This document shows positions 1 to 10,031 of a DNA stretch of 64,000 bases, piece by piece. The stretch is from the NCBI GenBank assembly GCA_002269645.1, contig NIVC01000512.1:296753-360752 (forward strand), read 5' to 3'. The notes beneath the pieces were generated by a model, which had not been told where the DNA came from, did no database searches, and was given only the letters and a program-made list of their open reading frames with translations. Every line of letters begins with the position of its first letter. The stretch's first letter is position 1. Origin of the DNA: Macrostomum lignano. Taxonomy: Eukaryota. Made by a program: the position numbers and the translations under genes.

Positions 1-231
1 AAAGAGACTAATTCGACACTCTGAACTACCGGAAGAGACTAATTCAACTCTAAAGAAGAACCTAACCGAAGACCCCGACAACCTATGAGCATATTAACCT
101 TGGTTTTTTAATTTGAATCGACGGAATTTCTTCAAAGTTATGAACTCGGTACGAAAGCTTATTCGGTATGGTAGCGATGTCACACTTAGCGTATTAAAGT
201 GTTAAAGGTAGTTGTATTTAGCGAGCGCGTC

Positions 232-680
232 CGACGTTTTCATGTGGTCGCTGTCCCTGTCAGACGAGTACAGCGACCCTCGGCTAGTGAGCTCCTCTGG
301 GCTGACGTGCTGGTAGTCGTAGTAGTCGTTGTCGTCGTCCTGCGTCGGCGTTACTACGATAACTTGTTATAGCGACACGTCTGTCTGGACCTCACGTCGT
401 AGTCGAGTGTCGACCTCTCGCATCTGGTCCGGTAGTCCCGGTTCTCGACGGTCAAGTTGGCCCTGTACGCGGTGTACGCGCTCGCTTAGCGCTTAGACGA
501 TTCTCTAGCCCTTTAAGATCACGCTGCGAACGTTGCAAGCTCCCGTTTAGGTTCCGCCTGTAGCTCAGGCTCGACGACCTCTGTCGGCGAAGTTGCCCGC
601 CGCGGTCGCCGTCGCCGGCCCCGTATCTCGACTGCGTGTCCTTAGACGACCTGAGCGATCGGTTTGGCGAACTGAAAATT
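232..680. CDS. Probable terminal coding exon of an unidentified His/Gln-rich coiled-coil protein, readable only as the left-to-right complement
   Basis: Complement reads cgcgcAG|GCT GCA AAA... giving AAKVHQRQ...HDHQHHQQQQQDAAAMMLLNNIAVQTDLECSISSQLESVDQAIRAKSCQFNRDMRHMRERIANLLRDREILVRRL. It is open to 627. An overlapping frame (FEGKSKADIESELLE...KPLDF*) ends at 680, suggesting a 1-nt indel near 530. Confidence 0.55.
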
Positions 681-1195
681 ATTAATTAAATAGCGTCATT
701 AATTAAAAGAGAACTGGTACAAACGCTTGAGCTAGTATTTTAGTATGAATATCTCATACGGTGAAGAACGAGCGAATCTCCGATCCCCCGCTAAGAGGGT
801 TACTTTTACCATGGATCCGGTTTTTCGCGGTCAGTATTAAGTCTCAGCAACGTCTCCATTGTGTCAATTTAATCCTTTCTTCACTGAGATCTGTTGACTT
901 TGCTACTCTACAGAGCCATTCGATTTTCAGCAGTCTCAGTGTATTCTAGTTAATTTCGAAAAATAACAGACGCTGAGACCCCGCGAAGATCTGAGACCCC
1001 GGCATCTGAATGAACATAGACTCCACACGACATGAGAAAAATGCTAGGACGTTGAGTGCACTACGTGAACAGTAGAGTGGCAGCTTAACGTCAGTAAATT
1101 TAGTAATTTCTCAGCTAGGTCACTGCAATCTCAGTGATTCATAGTACAACCGTTACTGCATCGCTAAGAACGGTGCCATTGTAAAAGTTACCCAG

Positions 1196-2727
1196 ATGAC
1201 CCAATCCCCGCTAAGAGATGTGACCCAGTCCCCGCTAAGAGATGTGAACCAATCCCTGCTAAGATGTGACCCAATCCCCGCTAAGAGATGTGACCCAATC
1301 CCGCTAAGAGATGTGACCCAATCCCCGCTAAGAGATGTGACCCAATCCCCGCTAAGAGATGTGAACCAATCCCCGCTAAGAGATGTGACCCAATCCCCGC
1401 TAAGAGATGTGACCCAATCCCCGCTAAGAGATGTGACCCAATCCCCTAAGAGATGTGACCCAGTCCCCGCTAAGAGATGTGACCCAATCCCCGCTAAGAT
1501 GTGACCCAATCCCCGCTAAGAGATGTGACCCAATCCCCGCTAAGAGATGTGAACCAATCCCCGCTAAGAGATGTGAACCAATCCCCGCTAAGAGATGTGA
1601 CCCAATCCCCGCTAAGAGATGTGACCCAGTCCCCGCTAAGAGATGTGACCCATTCCCCGCTAAGAGATGTGACCCAATCCCCGCTAAGAGATGTGACCCA
1701 ATCCCCGCTAAGAGATGTGACCCAATCCCCGCTAAGAGATGTGACCCAATCCCCGCTAAGAGATGTGAACCAATCCCCGCTAAGAGATGTGACCCAGTCC
1801 CCGCTAAGAGATGTGACCCATTCCCCGCTAAGAGATGTGACCCATTCCCCGCTCTAAGAGATGTGACCCATTCCCCGCTAAGAGATGTGACCCAATCCCC
1901 GCTAAGAGATGTGACCCAGTCCCCGCTAAGAGATGTGACCCAATCCCCGCTAAGAGATGTGAACCAATCCCCGCTAAGAGATGTGACCCAATCCCCGCTA
2001 AGAGATGTGACCCAGTCCCCGCTAAGAGATGTGACCCAATCCCCGCTAAGAGATGTGACCCAATCCCCGCTAAGAGATGTGACCCAATCCCCGCTAAGAG
2101 ATGTGAACCAATCCCCGCTAAGAGATGTGACCCAATCCCCGCTAAGAGATGTGACCCAGTCCCCGCTAAGAGATGTGACCCAATCCCCGCTAAGATGTGA
2201 CCCAATCCCCGCTAAGAGATGTGACCATCCCCGCTAAGAGATGTGAACCAATCCCCGCTAAGAGATGTGACCCAATCCCCGCTAAGAGATGTGACCCAAT
2301 CCCCGCTAAGAGATGTGACCCATTCCCCGCTAAGAGATGTGACCCAATCCCCGCTAAGAGATGTGACCCAGTCCCCGCTAAGAGATGTGACCCATTCCCC
2401 GCTAAGAGATGTGACCCATTCCCCGCTAAGAGATGTGACCCAATCCCCGCTAAGAGATGTGACCCAGTCCCCGCTAAGAGATGTGACCCAATCCCCGCTA
2501 AGAGATGTGACCATCCCCGCTAAGAGATGTGACCCAGTCCCCGCTAAGAGATGTGACCCATCCCCGCTAAGAGATGTGACCCAATCCCGCTAAGAGATGT
2601 GACCCAATCCCCGCTAAGAGATGTGACCCAGTCCCCGCTAAGAGATGTGACCCATTCCCCGCTAAGAGATGTGACCCAATCCCCGCAAAGAGATGTGACC
2701 CAATCCCCGCTAAGATGTGACCCAATC
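1196..2727. repeat. 24-bp satellite (atgtgacccaatccccgctaagag), ~64 copies
   Basis: Direct inspection. The complement reading of the unit contains GGGTTAGGGG. Confidence 0.97.
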
Positions 2728-4233
2728 TAATATGTCCGTTCATGTTCGTAACACTCGTCGCGCCGGGGTTCGGACTTACGTCAATATTAAAGCTGGCGTT
2801 TGTTTTTATTTAGAGCTACGTTTTTACTTCAGTCTTTCTTTTCGAAAAAGCAACTTGAAGGTAGGACTGTCAAGCAGTTGATTCCTTCGAGAGAAAGTTC
2901 ACGTCTGTCTTCAAAACTATAATATAATAAATATAATGATATCGATCTTTCTCATGTGTTCGTCGTTAGTTCTTTCGTTGTCAATATTCTGAGACGATAT
3001 GTCCTTTTTGTCGTTTTGTCCACTAGACTATTTTTATAAATATTATAACCAAACCTTCTTTACAGGAACGACATTGAATGAGGTACAAACGCCTAATTAT
3101 AAAAATGTGTTCTTTTACACGTCGTTGAGACTGCGTTCCTATTTTAGTGTCTTTCCGACAGAATATCTTGTTGCCTCTTAGAAGAGTCTTACGTTACACC
3201 TCTGTCCTCGCTCTCGCTTATAGACTCGGGTCAATGGCCCTGCTACTCTTGGTTACTCGTATCTCGAGTGAACTCCTTACTTGCTATCAATCTACTATTT
3301 TCGTTACGTTATTTTACTCTGTTCTAGACTACTTTGTACAAAACTTAAAATGATGAAACATATTGTTTAAACTTTTCGTGGCCACACACATTTAATTTTG
3401 TTTGTGCCCGTCCTCCATACTGTAGACGACTTCCATTGACCCCGATACCGCCGATTAGTGAATAATAATATAGTATATATGACCCCGACGCCACTTATTT
3501 GTTTGTGTCATTTTTATAATTTTGAGAAGTTTGAGATGACGTCGCGCTTTGGGTCTTCATCATAGATGTCAAACACTGTTACTTTTACACAGTTAAATTT
3601 TGTTTTATTGTCTATTGAGACTCGTTCGTGGCTAGGTCGACTGGTCTGGGTGTCTTTGCGTCTGTGTTCTTCTGTGTGTTCTTCCTTTTCGTAAGCGAGG
3701 TTTTCCACTAAATTTATTTATAAGAATGCTTCTCACCTTCTTATTTATAGTTAGATACATTATTTTATTTGAACGGAAATATATATCGCACTTTCTCGCG
3801 TCCTCCGCTAATCTAATGTGCTTCGTCTATACGCGCGTTTTTTACTTATAAACAAAACGAAATAGTGAAGATGATTATCATCGTGGTTTAAATATTTTAA
3901 TATTTCAGTGAACAAACTATAAGTATACGGTTTATCAAAGTTCCTATCAAAACGCCTAGAATTTTGTGACGCTCCATGACACGAATAATGTGTGAACGTG
4001 TACGTTAGAGAGACCGGTAACTAAAGACGAATTGCAGCTATGAAACAATACAGTACGTGAAATCCCTTTAAAGGCTTTTCAGAATACCGATGTAAGATGT
4101 GGTAGACACCAAACATAATTGGTAACGAAAATTATTTGTGTTGGGTTCTCACACTGTCAGCGATTTCACACTTTTTGTTGCTTTGTTTGTTTTTAGTTTC
4201 GACGACCTCGTGTGCTTGTCTCCCGGTTAACCG

Positions 4234-5064
4234 AGTGACGTAAGGTCACGACCTGACTCGCCCGTCGTACCAGACCCGGCCGAATTTAGAACATGTCCGG
4301 AAGAAGGTCGCCGTGACGCACGTGGTGTAAGAGGCCAATAGTTGCGGTATTTAAGCCGCCGTAAACGGCGCGCCGCTGTCGCCGCAATCGCTCCGACTCC
4401 TCCGCAGCGGCGGTCTCTTGCTCCTGCTGTTACTGCTGCCGCCCCAGTGCCGGTCGTCGACAACGCCCAGAAGGCCCGGCGGCGGACGTGGCGGCGGAGA
4501 CGGAGGCGGCGGTCAGCTTTGCCGGCCTCCTCCTTTGCTTTTGCTCCTGCTTCGGCTGTCCGCTTTGCCGCTCTGCCGCTTCGGCGGTTTTTTACGCGGT
4601 GAGGGCCGCGGCTGCAACTGCGACTCGCCGTTCCGATTTGACCGCGTCGTCTGACCTCCGCCGCGCCTCCCGCCCCGTGACGTCGACATGTACACGTCTC
4701 GGACGACGACGACGACGCCTGCGTTAGCGCCGCCTAGTTCGCGAACCAAACGGGGTTAACCACAGCTCTTAGGTTGTCGCGCTGAGACTACGACGCCTAC
4801 GACGACCGACCGGAGCTACAGTTAAAGCTTAAGCAGGAGCAGTCGTAGCAGGCGAACCGACAAGAGGCGTCGAAGTCGGCGTCGCCGCCGAAGCCGTTGT
4901 CGCGCACCGTCCGTTAGCCGGTCCGCCGCGTGTCAAACTTAGGCCCGCGGTCTGCTGTCGCACTCCGACTGTTCGTGTCTCAGGTCGAGCCCTAGCGTCG
5001 CGAGATGCTACGGCTCCCGCAGGAGCGGAAACATTTGATAGTGATGAAGCAGCGGTCCGACGTA
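4234..5064. CDS. Intronless 276-aa ZNF395/ZNF704/SLC2A4RG-like C-clamp protein, readable only right-to-left without complementing (ATG at 5064, TGA ending at 4234)
   Basis: 831-nt open frame. The N-terminus MQPGDEVVIVYKGEDALGIVERCDPELDSVLV resembles the ZNF395/704 N-terminal conserved region. The C-terminus [30 protein letters not shown] matches the C-clamp (ZNF704-type [28 protein letters not shown]). Confidence 0.88.
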
Positions 5065-5344
5065 CGATCTAACTTATTTAAGAATGATAGTTACGTGGAA
5101 CCGAATCCGTACTTTACGATATCGACTTAGCCGGTCTAACCCGACTTTTTCCAACCTATTACTTGTATTGAGGATATTTTTCTTGAATGATAGGTAAAAA
5201 TGTTTGATGAATTCGGATTCTGTTACTTATCGATTTACTGTAGAAACCGTTCGTCACCTAACCGATACCTCTTGGGTACGTGACCAGACGAACTACATTG
5301 TTTACATTGTTGTTTAACTGTTGGTACTACTGTACGTGTACTTC

Positions 5345-7550
5345 ATGTTCCCGACGAATTATTTATTCAAACACCTTTTTCTGTGAAGACTTATACGAAG
5401 GTGAATTTTTTAATGAACGTAAATAGGGGTGAATTACTCTGAAAAGTTGTATCAAAGATCTATCTAACTACGTAAAGAGGTAGGATATCTTGGTACGATG
5501 TTTTGTCAGGGAATTAAGGTGGATTCACTGTCGAAGGTCGAAACGAAAGTTCCGGAGAGGTTCGAGGAACGCACTCAGTTTCGTGAAAGGGAACTCTAAC
5601 AAGAACTAGAAACCTTTCTTCTTCAGTCGACCTCGTTCCAACCCGTTTATCCGACCCATACCGTCGTCTGAGTCAACTCAACTATGGTCTTTGAGGATAC
5701 AGTGGGACCGAACCATTCGATCTTGTAACAATACCATGTCCTTTTACCGTACCATAGATGATAAACCGGTGAGAACTAACTCCTTGACGTCGTGGATCCC
5801 GTTCGTTTGTGAAGTCATGTTTACTGGTCAGTGACACCGTGAAAGAAACTCATCTTATCCGTCGTCCTATAGTATGATGGTCTTCTTCTGATGACAATAC
5901 TGGAACGGTTATGAAGAGAGTGTATCCTTAAACTATCTCCTTAGGAGAAGTTTTCGTTAGGTGACGGATGAGATCCTAAAACATAGATCCAGTATTTTCA
6001 TTTGGATTCAAAGTAGGGGATAATCCTATAACAGATGGTTAAAACTTCGAGGACGTAGTTAAATAACTCGTACTTCAAACGTTTGAGTTGTGTTCGAACG
6101 TAGATCCAACCCAAGTTCACTATCCCGTAGATCGTACATCTGTGAAAGGAGTACGGATCTACTAGTACGTCCTATCTTTACCACGAACTTAGACTTTAGG
6201 GTTGTACAAAGAACTAAAGTACTTGATAGTAAATAATTAGAAGTAACTAGAAACCTGTGTTCGGTGACAATATAAACATTATCGGTTTAAATCTATCAGA
6301 AACACAAATAATAGTAGATCGAGGTCCGTCGATCTTGTTTTAAACGGTTTGGTGAACATGTGGTAACAGACCCTGACCCCACTCCGAAATAGTAGATTAC
6401 GAAAAACTTCATAGACGTTCGTGAGTTTCCGTCTAACCGGTTCAGTTTTAACTTGTTCCTAACGTTGAACAGACAGTGTAACTTGTAACAGTTAACGTTC
6501 CGTTCCAGATCTCAGTATAGTGAAAAAACTGGTAACGTAAAATCGTAAAATCAATCTCCGACTTTTAACTGTATTTTCTACAGTTAAAGATATATTTTTC
6601 TTTACGGTTTATTTTATAATAAAATAAACATGTTTTCTTTCAATCTAAAAGGTGTTTGACTAATCCGTCACGAATAAATCGACCGTGACCGGTTTATTCA
6701 AACGATGATAAATCGACCGTCAGGACGGGGTGACGGTCATTTTATTCGAACAGTGATAAATAAATCGGTCGTTAGGACGGGGTGACGACCAGTTTATTCG
6801 AGCAGTGATAAATCGGTCGTTAGGACCGGGGATTACCGGTGCGGTAATATATATAAATAAATTCTATAAATTTGAAACCCGTTATGTTTCATCCATATCA
6901 CTTATATTTAGTTACATCTAAGTCATGTTAAATAATAAACGGAAATTCAAACAAATTAACAAAGACCTTCAGAACGTATAAGGCTTTTAATAAACATCGT
7001 CGTCTTTTGTATATTTGTTTAATTTTTAATTAATACGTATAAAATGAAAGTGAAATTAGAGATTTAGTTTTGGTGAGTAATTTCGGTTTTTGGTGATGTT
7101 TGTGGAAATAGTTTTTTGAGGTTTTAACATTATATTTATTAATCGAACATCATACAATTTAATAATTAAATTCCAGTACTGTTCGTCACGCATATATATT
7201 TATATATATTTACATAAAACTGATCGTACGGTAACCCCTTAAGGAGATCATTATCACTCACTTGTCCCTTCTTGGATTGTGGTTTAGGGAACCGCGTCCA
7301 GTTGTCCTTTACACCACAATCGGTTCTAACGGCCGATTTATCACTGCTCGAATAAACTGGCCGTCACCCTGTCCTGACGGTCGATTTATCACTGTACGAA
7401 TAAACTGGCCGTCACCCCGTTCTGACGGTCGATTTATCACTGTCCTAATAAACTGACCGTCACCCCGTCCTGACGGCCGATTTATCACTGCGCGAATAAA
7501 CTGACCACGACCGATTTATTCGTGACGGTTAAATAATTCGTTGGGAACAT
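5345..7550. mobile_element. Decayed mariner transposon in the mirror segment, with its right TIR split by a nested element
   Basis: Reverse reading gives LGMRKVSTC*MP (WVP region), ILIGDET*VYFYD, FLYHNNVLAY (HDNARPH region) and PYPAYLPNLAPADFFFP (YSPDLAPxD). In complement reading the left end is TA-caagggctgcttaataaataagtttgtggaaaa. The right end is ttttccacaaact...[insert]...tttattaagcaacccttg-TA. Confidence 0.8.
6665..7528. mobile_element. Non-autonomous foldback/MITE-like element with TIRs built from ~48-bp tandem subrepeats
   Basis: Units at 6670-6840 are inverted copies of units at 7330-7520. The termini ccgtcacgaataaatc and gatttattcgtgacgg are inverted. No clean TSD. Confidence 0.7.
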
Positions 7551-10031
7551 TAATACACTTTATCAAAAAATTTAAACCTTGGGTTAAAATTTTTCATTTT
7601 ATTTATGAGACAAGCTTTTTCTTTAACGGTACTTTATTACCCCATCCGGATTGAATTCTCGACCTATTTTTATTTTCATCCGGGATTCTTGATCTTCATT
7701 ATGATAATGATCCGGATTTGTTGACTAGACATTTACAGTGTATACAAACAAAACACACCGAACGTGTAACATTTGAAACAGGTTTAAGATAATCCGGATC
7801 CGGATCATGAAGAACAGTCGACACTGTTTATAGGATCAAAGAAAACCAGCTAAAAGCAATAATTTTTTAAATCTGGAAGACTCCGAATAGTTCTGTTATG
7901 CTTCCAAAATAACCATAATGATAGATTTCCTTTATTTCCTAATCTGTTTTTCAGTAATCTGCTTTGTTGTGTGGGATAGATTTCCTGGCCTAGCATATCT
8001 GAATCTAATTTGCCAACTGCTCGAAGCCGTATATTTGATTAATAGGCCTATCTATGACGAGAAATAACTTATTTTAGCATGTCATAGCTTAGTTTTCGCA
8101 GAATCGCAGTAGCTAAGGGATTGTCTTTAAGGCGGGCAAAGAACAATACCAGAGCACGCACGCACGCAGAGAAGCGTGCGTTAAGCAAAGAACAGCTAGC
8201 ATTTGATAATTTAGTACTGACTGTTGTACTGTAAGCCTACTGTCATCTGTTGTACGCTCGCTTTACAACAAAATGATTTCAAAATTTCATTATTGAGATA
8301 CACGTAAAACAAGTTTTAATATAACTTTAAGTATTAATTTGGTTCAATTAGATACGTTAGATTATTAAATAAGGTAAAAATTTGAATGCCAATTTTATCT
8401 AAAATATATATAAAGTAGCTGTGTCCCACTCGTGAGGCCATTCTATCCTCGGAAAACACGGCCTTACAGACCAGTAATGAATGCAGCGCTGCATGTAGCT
8501 TTATTTTGTTGTATTGAAAACATTTGCGCACGCATGCACCAGCCTTGTATAGAGAATACAAATGACTCCAAACTCCCATTTTAGGCCTAGTTTTGTGGAT
8601 AATTGGAAGTAAAGATTGTAAAGAATCAATAAAGATTGATTTAAGGATTTTACTAAAGTTCAACAAGGTCGATAAAGTGCTACTAGGCCTATATTGAATT
8701 TTTTGTTTTGAAAAAAATTGATAGGCCTATATTGAATTTTTTTGTTTTGAAAAAAATTGATAGGCCTATATTAATTGAATTTTGAAATATTATAAACTGT
8801 TAAATTTAATTTTATACATTATATGTATAATTGTTTAATTATTATTAAACTAAATAATTTAAAATCATAAAATGTAGGCCCCTATAATACATACAACTTA
8901 AGACAAAAAAGTCTCTTCATCTTTGTATAAATTGGTAGGCCTAGAACTTTTAAATTAGGCCTATGCTTTGTCTAGGCCTGTATCAATGAAATATGATAGG
9001 CCAAAGATTTTTTTATTGTTATTTAGGAGAGAAGGGAAGGCAATCTTTTGGAATACTATCGACAACAAGTAATGTGATAATCTGCTAATCAAATTTAACA
9101 ACTGCACTTGATAAACCAATGTTTATTGTACTTTATAAGCCAATGATTATTGCACTTGATAAGCCAAGGATTATTGCACTTGATAAGACAATTATTATTG
9201 CATTTGATGTGTAAAGGATTATTTTACTAGATGAGTAAAAAGATTATTGAATTTGATGGTGCATCAATTATTGCACTAGATGATCAGGGGATGCCTGATA
9301 TTGGGAAAGCGAAAGGCTGGCTCTTAGGAGGGGGTACATGCCATCATGCTTGGGCACAACCTTGGGATTCATTTGGCCGTTTCAATTGGCAACATACACA
9401 TGTAAGTTGCTATTGGACAGAATAGTAATCACGTGACTGCTCTCAGCCAATAGCGACTTACATGTATGTGTTGCCAATAGAAACGGCCAGGTGATTCCTA
9501 AAGTTTTGCATGTATGCATGCCATCTTGGAGTATACTATCTGGGGGATGCTTGCCATTGTATTTTGGGGATTTTGCTATTGTATTTGGGGGGGGGTACTT
9601 ACTTTTGTATTTGGGTATATGTTTGCTATCTTGGAGGAAGGGGGTAAGGATACTTTTCTGCTTTTTTAATAAATACCAACATCAAAAAGTCTATGAAAGC
9701 TTAGTATATGCCTGTGTATACTAGTATATGCCAGAATGTAGCTTTGAGATAAATTTTGTATGCTAGTATACACTAGCCAATGCTTTGTATGCTTGATTAA
9801 TCTTGAATTTTCTGCATTATCGACCTTATTGCATAGGTAAGCCTTGTAAAGGATTATTCTCCTTTAGGTTAGTAAAAGCAAAATCAAGTTTATAGAAATA
9901 TAAATTTCAATACTGCATAGACACAAGCTATTGGCTTCTTTACAAACTAGCAATCATTATCTAGAACATTTTATTTAAACTTCAATTGAGTAGAGCAAGA
10001 TTAATAGCATTTTGCTGGCTCATGCTTCCAG

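Larger units (their letters stand above)
1..7840. other. Mirror-written segment (reverse without complement, equivalently complement without reversal); right boundary about 7810-7985, best guess ~7840
   Basis: Recognisable protein motifs (C-clamp, mariner motifs) appear only when read backwards without complementing. The local motif TAGGCCTA appears as ATCCGGAT up to 7806 but in normal form from 7987 (tggcctag) and 8043 onward. CAG-type repeats appear as GTC runs. Confidence 0.93.

Noticed and set aside
1153-2593. Repetitive ORFs (RDVTQSPL, RCDPIPAK)
   Set aside because: Produced by a 24-bp unit that is open in several frames, and located in mirrored DNA.
4227-4749. Six-frame ORFs rich in Arg/Ala/Gly at 4227-4749
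   Set aside because: They are shadows of GC-rich mirrored coding sequence. The meaningful protein appears only in the reverse reading.
1-7840. Mirror segment as a genuine biological inversion or parallel-stranded DNA
   Set aside because: A true inversion is a reverse complement and would keep genes visible in six frames. No known chemistry gives an uncomplemented reversal, so an artefact is far more parsimonious.
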